In this document: piece by piece, positions 18,190 to 24,843 of the stretch
Layout: the number at the start of each line of letters is the position of its first letter
Numbering within the stretch: the stretch's first letter is position 1
IMG/VR virus record: IMGVR_UViG_3300037762_000045
Location: 1 to 30,743 of that record
DNA length: 30,743 bases
Reading direction: 5' to 3' (one strand)
From: a virus
Taxonomy: Duplodnaviria > Caudoviricetes
Translations under genes and position numbers: made by a program
Notes under the pieces: model-generated
Seen by the model: only the letters and a program-made list of their open reading frames with translations
Told to the model about the DNA's origin: nothing
Databases searched by the model: none

Positions 18190-18600
18190 CTCTTTCCTTC
18201 CACCTTCTTTGGTGAGTTCGGAGTTGCGGAACGGCATAAGGCATCCCTTGGGATGTCCCATGCCGTCCGACGCGAACCTTCTTCGGAGCCGTCCGTCGTC
18301 GCATCTCGGCGCCGGGGTACGGAAGCGCTCCCGGCTCGGCGGCTCTATGGTCGGGCATCCCCCGACGTGGGCTCAGGCGTCCGCCTCTCAGGCTACCCCG
18401 CCGGCTCTGTCCCACACCCCCCTGGTTGCCGGCACCTCCCGCGCTACGCCAGGCGGTTACCCCGTCCCGTCGCGCGTCGCGTGCGGGCAAAAGAAAACGC
18501 CCTGCACGCTACGGGTCCTGGGGATGCCAGGGACCGGCCGTGAGGCCGGTAAGCGTACAGGGCGTTCTCAAAATCCTGGTCCTGCCATCCACTGCACCCG
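18190..18600 (-). ncRNA. Structured leader / antisense-attenuator RNA
   Basis: Several stems with G-U pairs on the minus strand: 18493-18569 (18 bp), 18350-18366 and 18230-18267, with complementary CATCC/GGATG loops. Confidence 0.55.
18489..18569 (-). terminator. Branched intrinsic terminator/attenuator
   Basis: On the minus strand, GAGAACGCCCTGTACGCT pairs with AGCGTGCAGGGCGTTTTC and is followed by TTTT. The stem encloses two small hairpins. Confidence 0.7.
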
Positions 18601-18607
18601 TGAGCGG

Positions 18608-18636
18608 ATGATACACGCCACGCCGGCAAAGGTCAA
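18608..18636 (-). promoter_or_regulatory. Sigma70-like promoter (leftward)
   Basis: Minus strand TTGACC, 17-nt spacer, TATCAT. Confidence 0.75.
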
Positions 18637-18653
18637 CCTGCACGGAGGCTCCC

Positions 18654-18824
18654 GTGTGTGAGGTGACGAGCGAGATCAGGCGGAAGCCCTTCGTCGGACG
18701 GTGGCTGGTCGAGATAGCCCGCGACTCCAAGGAAATCGTGCGGAAGTGCAGGGAAGTGATGGAGCTCAAAGAACCCCAGCCCGAGGTGGACAATGGTGGG
18801 TCCGGAACGCAGCGGCGTGCCTGA
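18654..18824 (+). CDS. Hypothetical 56-aa protein
   Basis: GGAGG RBS then GTG; MCEVTSEIRRKPFVGRWLVEIARDSKEIVRKCREVMELKE... It is below the ORF-track cutoff and was translated by hand. Confidence 0.4.
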   Translation: MCEVTSEIRRKPFVGRWLVEIARDSKEIVRKCREVMELKEPQPEVDNGGSGTQRRA

Positions 18825-19089
18825 TTCCTGGGCCGAGGGGACGATCCGGGAGGCGGCCGAGGGAGTCAAGGAGTTGCGCAGGTGGTTCCTCGGCAACGGT
18901 ACCGAAGGTGTGGCTGCCAGGTTCGCGCGCATGGACGAGCGGATGAAGGCGATCGAGGCGAAGATCGATGGTCTCGAAAGGGCCGGCGGGCGCGCAACAG
19001 AGGCGGAATGGCGCTTTTGGGCCAAGATTGTCGGCGTCGCGTCGGTGGCTGCCGGCATGATCGAGGGCATCGCAATCCTGTTCAGATGA
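18793..19089 (+). CDS. Coiled-coil protein with C-terminal TM helix (holin/XhlA-like lysis-region protein)
   Basis: GNGTEGVAARFARMDERMKAIEAKID followed by hydrophobic IVGVASVAAGMIEGIAILF; GAGGTGG RBS. Confidence 0.6.
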   Translation: MVGPERSGVPDSWAEGTIREAAEGVKELRRWFLGNGTEGVAARFARMDERMKAIEAKIDGLERAGGRATEAEWRFWAKIVGVASVAAGMIEGIAILFR

Positions 19090-19100
19090 GGAGACGCATC

Positions 19101-19298
19101 ATGGCCCGCATGACGTGGTGGGACGGCAAGGACCTGAACGAGAACGGCTTTCTGGAGATGTTGATGGCGGAAGGCGCGAACAACCTGCGGGTGGAGTTCC
19201 ATCACCAAAGCTCCGACCTCGTGCTGGTCGACAAGCGGACGGGCGAGGTGTGCGGGACGTACAACCAGAGCCACACCTGTCCTCCGGACTGCCCGTGA
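19101..19298 (+). CDS. Small protein ending in CPPDCP (candidate signal/ligand precursor)
   Basis: AGGAGA RBS, 65 aa MARMTWWDGKD...LRVEF...LVLVDKRTGEVCGTYNQSHTCPPDCP. The ATG at 19086 is an alternative start. Confidence 0.75.
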   Translation: MARMTWWDGKDLNENGFLEMLMAEGANNLRVEFHHQSSDLVLVDKRTGEVCGTYNQSHTCPPDCP

Positions 19299-19801
19299 TG
19301 ATCGAGCTCGCCCACTACTCCGCGCTCGCGCCGCTCGCGTTCCTGCTGGCGTTCAGGAGGGACGTGCGGGCCGCATACTGGATTGTCGCCATCGCGTTCG
19401 CGGTCAGCTTTTTCGCGGACACGGTAGCGGCGTTCATGGGCGGTTCCTGGGCTCCGGCCTCGGTCTACCCGGTGGTGCAATTCGGGTTGATAGCACTGGC
19501 GTTCGGCGGCTACGTGTGGGGGCTCGCGGTAGCTGCCGCGGTGCTCCTCACGGTCACGGACGTACCGCCCGCCCTGCCCTACGCGGTGGGCTCGATGGCG
19601 GTCATGTGGCTGGCGCGTGAGCACAAGCTCGCGGCTCCGGTGCTCGTCTACTTCGGGCTCGGAACCGCGCTCTACCTCGGCATGATCCGCCACGCCACGC
19701 CCGAAGCTTACGAGCCGTTCATGCGTTGGTGGTTTCCGTATCAGGCTGCACGGCTCAGCGCATTCGGCTTGTTCATGCACGCGGCCTGGAAGGAGGGGTG
19801 A
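19298..19801 (+). CDS. Polytopic membrane protein (about 5-6 TM), candidate receptor
   Basis: 167 aa, almost entirely hydrophobic helices; coupled by TGATG overlaps to both neighbours. Confidence 0.75.
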   Translation: MIELAHYSALAPLAFLLAFRRDVRAAYWIVAIAFAVSFFADTVAAFMGGSWAPASVYPVVQFGLIALAFGGYVWGLAVAAAVLLTVTDVPPALPYAVGSMAVMWLAREHKLAAPVLVYFGLGTALYLGMIRHATPEAYEPFMRWWFPYQAARLSAFGLFMHAAWKEG

Positions 19802-20130
19802 TGGAGAACGACACCCACATCACCCGGGTGCTCAGGACCGTACCCGAGGACAAGCGGGTGCGGAAGTGGCGACGCACGGCGACGGGCATCGTGCTCGTCA
19901 CGCTCGGCTCCGTCGCATCGCTCGGCTCGTTCGTCGTCACGATTCTGGTGATCCAAGGTGGTGGCGCCGTCGACAAGTGGACGGTCGCGCTGGCGCTGAT
20001 CCCCTTCCTCGGCGGTCTACTCTGCGCCGTGCTCGGTGCTCACGTGTGGTCGGGCGAGCTGGTGAGTGCCGCGCTCAAGGACATCGGATCCGCGCTCAGG
20101 ATCTTCCGGCGCAACGGAGGCGCCTCGTGA
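19801..20130 (+). CDS. Putative holin (2 TM)
   Basis: AGGAGG RBS, basic N-region KRVRKWRR, two TM segments, basic tail RIFRR; upstream of the candidate endolysin. Confidence 0.55.
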   Translation: MENDTHITRVLRTVPEDKRVRKWRRTATGIVLVTLGSVASLGSFVVTILVIQGGGAVDKWTVALALIPFLGGLLCAVLGAHVWSGELVSAALKDIGSALRIFRRNGGAS

Positions 20131-20291
20131 GCCTCGAAGACCTGGAGAGTTACGCCGTGGAATGCGAGAAGCTCCTGGCAGACCTGGAGCGCGGGAAGAC
20201 TCCTACGCCCGCGAAGCTCGTGCGCGTGCTGAAGGACGCGGCACACGCGCTCAGGAACGCTCAGAACGTGATCGGACTGGAGAGGGGCTGA
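20127..20291 (+). CDS. Hypothetical 54-aa helical protein
   Basis: GGAGG RBS, GTGA and TGATG overlaps; MSLEDLESYAVECEKLLADLERGK... Confidence 0.6.
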   Translation: MSLEDLESYAVECEKLLADLERGKTPTPAKLVRVLKDAAHALRNAQNVIGLERG

Positions 20292-20767
20292 TGCTGAACC
20301 TGGAGCTCTCCCGCTACGGCTTCGGGCTGGATTCGACGCTCGGTCGCCTCTACCTGTCGGGCGACGAGCGGGCCTTCGAGTGCTTCACGTTGGAGGACGA
20401 GCGCAGGCGCGTGAAGGTGCAGGGCGAGACGGCGATCCCGCCGGGCACCTTTCCGGTCACGCTCAGGACCGAGGGCGGCATGCACGTCCGCTACTCCGAG
20501 CGCTTCGCCGAGCTGCACCGTGGGATGCTGTGGCTCCAGAACGTTCCCAACTTCGAGTGGGTCTACCTGCACGTCGGTAATTCGGACGAGCACACCGAAG
20601 GCTGCATCCTCGTGGGCCAAGTGCCAGTCATCTTGCCCAACGGTGAGTTCGAGATCGCCAAGAGCGCCGACGCCTACGTGCGGCTGTACCGGCGGGTGAT
20701 CGAAGCGATGGACGACGGCGAGAAGGTCGCCATCCACATCCACGATACGACGGAGGCGTTCGCATGA
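20291..20767 (+). CDS. DUF5675-family protein, candidate endolysin
   Basis: STLGRL, CFTLED, GETAIPPGTF, LQNVPNF, LHVGNSDEHTEGCILVG (H-x-GN...T-x-GC motif). Confidence 0.85.
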   Translation: MLNLELSRYGFGLDSTLGRLYLSGDERAFECFTLEDERRRVKVQGETAIPPGTFPVTLRTEGGMHVRYSERFAELHRGMLWLQNVPNFEWVYLHVGNSDEHTEGCILVGQVPVILPNGEFEIAKSADAYVRLYRRVIEAMDDGEKVAIHIHDTTEAFA

Positions 20768-21159
20768 TCGAGCGCGCACCTCACAAGCTGTTCGCGATTT
20801 GCTGGACGCTCTGGTTCGGCTCCGTCCTCACCGCATTGGCGATGCCCGACCGCCCGACGTTCGGCCTGTTGGTACTCCTCGCGTTCCTGCCGATCGAGGC
20901 GGTGGGTGTGTTCGTTGACACCGGCGCCCGGGACACGCTGAGCGAGACGGCTACTTGGCTGCAACGGAAGCTGTCGAAGCACCGGACCTTCGCGCGCGGC
21001 TGGAATGCCATGCTCCTGATGGTCGTCGGCTCGATCGCCTATCTGCTAGGCCGGACGGTCCACACCTACGCGGAGTCGTGGATCCTGGCGGTGGCGTTCG
21101 GAGGGCTGACCGTCGTGTGGTTGTGGGACCACTGGGTCAACGTGGACCGGCATGGGTAG
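20764..21159 (+). CDS. Membrane protein (about 4 TM)
   Basis: Four hydrophobic segments, DTLSE..W motif, ATGA overlap, GGAGG RBS. Confidence 0.7.
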   Translation: MIERAPHKLFAICWTLWFGSVLTALAMPDRPTFGLLVLLAFLPIEAVGVFVDTGARDTLSETATWLQRKLSKHRTFARGWNAMLLMVVGSIAYLLGRTVHTYAESWILAVAFGGLTVVWLWDHWVNVDRHG

Positions 21160-21781
21160 TCGCGCCCCCCTACTCGCCTTCGTGCTCGGCGTCGTCATCT
21201 GCTACCTCGCCGTGCAGCTCCGCGCGCCCGACACCACCGAAGCCGACGCCCACGCAGCCACCGCCGACTCCCTACGCGACGTCGCCGGGCATTGGCGCAC
21301 TATCGTCGCCCGCGATTCGGCAGCCAGGCAGGCCGAGCGTGCCGCCTACGCCGACTCGCTGGCATCGTGGGACGCCCAGCGTGCTCAGCTAGCCGCCAGG
21401 GCCCACAGAGCCAGCCAGGCCGCCTCACGCCTCGCGACCGACCTACGCGCGACGTTGGACGCTCAGCAGGCCGCTTCGCTCGACTCGCTGCTATCGGAGC
21501 ACACGGCCGAGGCCCGCGCCATCACGGAGGAACGCGATACCTGGCACGCCGAGGCGTTGGAGCTCCGGGGCCAAGTGGAGGCGGACTCGGTGCTGATAGC
21601 CGCGCTCTGGCGTCGCGTCGGGGTGAGCGACGCAGGGTGGGCGGCGGCGGCGCGGGAGACCGGGGCGTTGCGGGACGTGATTCGAGGGCAGGGAACACAG
21701 AACAACGTACTGAGGGCCGTCATAGGTGTCGGGCTCGCCAAGGCGGCATACGACTTCTTCAGCCCGGACAAGGGAGGCTGA
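21152..21781 (+). CDS. Spanin-like protein (N-terminal TM + Ala-rich coiled coil)
   Basis: LLAFVLGVVICYLAV anchor, long helical A/R/D-rich region, hydrophobic C-terminus; downstream of the endolysin. Confidence 0.55.
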   Translation: MGSRAPLLAFVLGVVICYLAVQLRAPDTTEADAHAATADSLRDVAGHWRTIVARDSAARQAERAAYADSLASWDAQRAQLAARAHRASQAASRLATDLRATLDAQQAASLDSLLSEHTAEARAITEERDTWHAEALELRGQVEADSVLIAALWRRVGVSDAGWAAAARETGALRDVIRGQGTQNNVLRAVIGVGLAKAAYDFFSPDKGG

Positions 21782-21785
21782 GATC

Positions 21786-22448
21786 ATGTTGCTCGACACA
21801 CTCAAGGGGAAGCTCGACCGCCACGCGCGGAACGACCCGGCACTGTTCGCCAGGCTCGGGCTCGGCACGACGGACAGGGAGATCGAGGCGTTCCGCGCGA
21901 AGAGGGGCGGACTCTTCGGTGTCCGCACCGGCCGCCGCTACTTCGACTGGGCCAAGCGCGGGATGCTGTGGGAGCCCACGAGCGAGTGGGCGTTCAGCCC
22001 GAACATCGTCACCAACGAGGGGCTCGCCTACGTGATTGACGTGGCGTTTCGCGAGGTGGCGGACATCGCTCCGTGGTACGCGGTCATTTACACCGACTCG
22101 GGCACCCCGACGCCGGCCGCTGGCGACACGTACGCGGTGCCCGCCTTCGTGGAAGCCGACGGTGGCGACCTGGACGAGACGGTCCGCCAGGCGTGGGTGG
22201 ACGGTGCGCCAAGCGGAACGACCACGCGCTCTGTCTCGGGCGGAGCGGTCACGTACACTGGTGATGCTTCATTCAACGCGGCGGGCGCCGCGCTGCTCGG
22301 TGGTGGAACCGCGGCGACCACGCTCGCGGACACGGCCGGCGGTGGCACGCTCTACGCGGCGAGCAACTTCGGATCCGAGGTCCCGATGACGTTGGACGCC
22401 ACGGTCGACGTGACGTACAGCCTCACGGCGGCCGATGATGGAGCGTAG
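21786..22448 (+). CDS. Putative virion structural / fibre-associated protein
   Basis: GGGAGG RBS; NIVTNEGL, TLYAASNF and VDVTYSLT patterns recalled from phage fibre-module proteins. Confidence 0.6.
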   Translation: MLLDTLKGKLDRHARNDPALFARLGLGTTDREIEAFRAKRGGLFGVRTGRRYFDWAKRGMLWEPTSEWAFSPNIVTNEGLAYVIDVAFREVADIAPWYAVIYTDSGTPTPAAGDTYAVPAFVEADGGDLDETVRQAWVDGAPSGTTTRSVSGGAVTYTGDASFNAAGAALLGGGTAATTLADTAGGGTLYAASNFGSEVPMTLDATVDVTYSLTAADDGA

Positions 22449-22689
22449 GCCCGTGGCGGCAAGCGCGAAGGTCACGCACCACGACTGGAAGCCCGGAGAG
22501 AAGGCACAGCACTCCGCTCGCAACGACATACGTTCGCTGGAGCTTTCTCTCCGGGTGCTCCGCAACCGCAACCCACGGTTCGGCAAGCGCGGCCCGTTCG
22601 GCAACGTGCGCGAGCTGGCTGAGATCGAGCGGCTGGAGGCGTTGCTGGAAGCGCGTAGGGACGACCTCGCACGCCTGACGCAGGACTAG
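22435..22689 (+). CDS. Hypothetical basic protein
   Basis: 84 aa, overlapping the upstream stop and filling the gap to the sulfotransferase. Confidence 0.5.
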   Translation: MMERRPVAASAKVTHHDWKPGEKAQHSARNDIRSLELSLRVLRNRNPRFGKRGPFGNVRELAEIERLEALLEARRDDLARLTQD

Positions 22690-22692
22690 CCC

Positions 22693-23256
22693 ATGCGGCT
22701 CCGTTTCGTCCACCCACCGCGCACGGGCGGGAGCTCGATCAAGCGCGGCTGGCGGCTGAGCCGTCACGAGACGGACGGCCACCGGCTGCCGGTCATGCCG
22801 AAGCCGGAGGACGAGTGGCGCTACGGCTTCACGCGGAGCCCGTGGGACCGGGTCGTCAGCTTGTGGTGCCTCGCGCACCCGACCGATTCCGAGCGCGAGC
22901 GCTCACCATTCCGGGCGTGGGTGCTCGGCGGGATGGGGAGCCCGTACCGGCACGGGCCGAAGTTCGCTCACTTGAGCCTGCCGACGCTTCGCTGGCTCGA
23001 AGGCGCGGACTTCGTCGGCAGGTTCGAGACGCGGGAAGAGGACCTGGCCCGGCTCGCTACGCTGCTCGGTAGGGAGGTACCCGTCCTGCCGGACGCGGAG
23101 GGTCGCATGGTGCCGGCGCATATCGCGAAGGCACGCGACCGCGCGCCCTACCCCGATTACTACGACGAGGTCACGCGTGCATGGGTCGCTGAGCGGTACC
23201 GCGAGGACGTAGAGGCGTTCGGCTACAGCTTCGAGGGGGTGCCTTGCACGATCTAG
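22693..23256 (+). CDS. Sulfotransferase (Sulfotransfer_2-like)
   Basis: 5'-PSB FVHPPRTGGSSI, 3'-PB FTRSPWDRVVS, DFVGRFE, YYDE, ERYREDVEAFGYSF. Confidence 0.88.
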   Translation: MRLRFVHPPRTGGSSIKRGWRLSRHETDGHRLPVMPKPEDEWRYGFTRSPWDRVVSLWCLAHPTDSERERSPFRAWVLGGMGSPYRHGPKFAHLSLPTLRWLEGADFVGRFETREEDLARLATLLGREVPVLPDAEGRMVPAHIAKARDRAPYPDYYDEVTRAWVAERYREDVEAFGYSFEGVPCTI

Positions 23257-24557
23257 AGGAGCGTCGGCGCAACTGGCTCACGCGCACGCCAGCCTCGGCG
23301 GCGGCCGGTGCCGCGCTCGCGATCGGCCTCGTAGCCTGGCTCGCCAAGCCAGTCACCATCACGATCGGGGACGTGACGGGTCCGATCATCGCGGGGCCGC
23401 TGGTGAGTTGGCACAGGACCTCCAACATCCGTGGGCCGGGTGGCGATCGGACCAACACCGACGGGCTACGCATGGGCGACTCGGCGGCTGCCTCGTTCCT
23501 GGGCGACCTCGCCGAGCCGGTCTACGACGCCGGCGTCGATGATCTGATCGAACAGATAGACTTCGACACGCTCGACAGCTTCGCGAGCGGATCGACGCCG
23601 CTGTGGGATCGGTGGGGAACCGACGGGGTGGCGCTCTACACGGGCACGCCGAACCAGGACATGGCCGATCCCGAAACCGCTCCGGCCGCCGAGGCCGATA
23701 GCATCATCAACATCACGGCGGACGGCAGGGGCGGGTCGGGCAACGCGCTCCGCATCTGCTACGGCCCCGACTGCGGTCCGAACGACCGAACGGTGACGGA
23801 AGTGTGGATCGGCCCGCAGGGAGTGGCGGTCGAGTCCGTGGGCAGCCTGGATGGCAACCTACCCGAAGTTGGCGGTCCGTGGGACGTGCTACACGTGACC
23901 GTGTGGTTCCGCTTCACCGCAGGCGCGGACCCGTCGTCTGAAAACGGCTCGGGGGTCAAGGGCTGGATGTTCGCGTTCGGGGAGGAGTTCGATCGGAGTC
24001 AGCGTTACGAGTTCAAACCCGCGACCACCGACAACCCGGCCGGCGGAACACAACTCGGGCACAATTGCGGGCTCGCGGACACCGGCCCATGGATGCAGTG
24101 GGGCGGGGGCTTCTGGGAGAACTGCCGGACGGACACGCTCGGCGTCACGCCGACGTACCACCGAAACACGACCAACCCCCCCGGCAATCCAGTCAAGTGG
24201 ACGAGTTACAACGACGGGGAGTGGCACCGCCTGACGGCCGCCGTTCACTCCGGCTCTACCGCTGCTTCAGGGAAGGGCTTTCAGGTCTGGATCGACGGCG
24301 CGCTGGTGTTCAACAGCGTCGGCTTCGATCCGATGAGCACCGACGTTTGGGGCCAAGGCGTCGGCAAGTGGTCCACGGGCTCAGACATAGCGTCCAACGA
24401 TTGCGGAGGCTTCGGGTGTGGCGGGATGCGGTACGCGCTGACGAGCCCATTGAACGGTTTCGGGTTCCTTGGCACGTTCGTGAACGGGACCGCCGCCGCC
24501 GCCGCCGACCAGTTCCATGTCTGGCACGACGACCTGACTGCGTGGGTGGAGAACTAG
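23244..24557 (+). CDS. Exported polysaccharide-lyase-like / jelly-roll protein
   Basis: N-terminal RRRNWL plus hydrophobic helix; ALRICY, VTVWFRF, GVK, DGEWHRL, QVWIDGALV and VWHDDL form a ConA/lyase-like pattern. Confidence 0.55.
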   Translation: MHDLEERRRNWLTRTPASAAAGAALAIGLVAWLAKPVTITIGDVTGPIIAGPLVSWHRTSNIRGPGGDRTNTDGLRMGDSAAASFLGDLAEPVYDAGVDDLIEQIDFDTLDSFASGSTPLWDRWGTDGVALYTGTPNQDMADPETAPAAEADSIINITADGRGGSGNALRICYGPDCGPNDRTVTEVWIGPQGVAVESVGSLDGNLPEVGGPWDVLHVTVWFRFTAGADPSSENGSGVKGWMFAFGEEFDRSQRYEFKPATTDNPAGGTQLGHNCGLADTGPWMQWGGGFWENCRTDTLGVTPTYHRNTTNPPGNPVKWTSYNDGEWHRLTAAVHSGSTAASGKGFQVWIDGALVFNSVGFDPMSTDVWGQGVGKWSTGSDIASNDCGGFGCGGMRYALTSPLNGFGFLGTFVNGTAAAAADQFHVWHDDLTAWVEN

Positions 24558-24565
24558 CCGTGAGC

Positions 24566-24757
24566 CTAGACGATCAGCGGCTCCGCCCCGAGCAGATGGC
24601 CCACGCCGAGCGCGGCCAATACGAGCAAGCCGATCAGCGCGCCGTAGATCACGGCAGCGGACAGCGCGCGGTGCCGGTGGAAGTCGAGCGCGGTTCCGCA
24701 TTCGGAGCACAACGGAGCGGTGTCGTTCTGCTCGCTCAGGCAATCAGGGCAGGTCAC
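24566..24757 (-). CDS. Zinc-ribbon protein with C-terminal TM helix
   Basis: CPDC-x10-CSECG then AAVIYGALIGLLVLAALGVG; GGGAGG RBS on the minus strand. Confidence 0.65.
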   Translation of the reverse strand: MTCPDCLSEQNDTAPLCSECGTALDFHRHRALSAAVIYGALIGLLVLAALGVGHLLGAEPLIV

Positions 24758-24843
24758 CGGGCACCTCCCGTGTGGCAGACATCGGAGCGCCCCCCTGACC
24801 CACTGATAAGGCCCGCGCGCCGTAGCCGCAAGGCAGGCACGCC

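Noticed and set aside
18376-18403. Minus-strand GGCGGGGTAGCCTGAGAGGCGGACG resembling a tRNA 5' end or a 16S rRNA fragment
   Set aside because: No T-loop (TTCGA), acceptor stem or continuing rRNA similarity could be found.
17960-18661. 233-aa plus-strand ORF continuing from the tail-tip stop (TGATG)
   Set aside because: Low-complexity S/P/R/G translation with no motif. The region is better explained by the minus-strand promoter, RNA stems and lipoprotein.
21292-22035. Alternative-frame ORF as embedded Rz1-like o-spanin
   Set aside because: No hydrophobic signal or lipobox; Arg/Gly-rich shadow translation.
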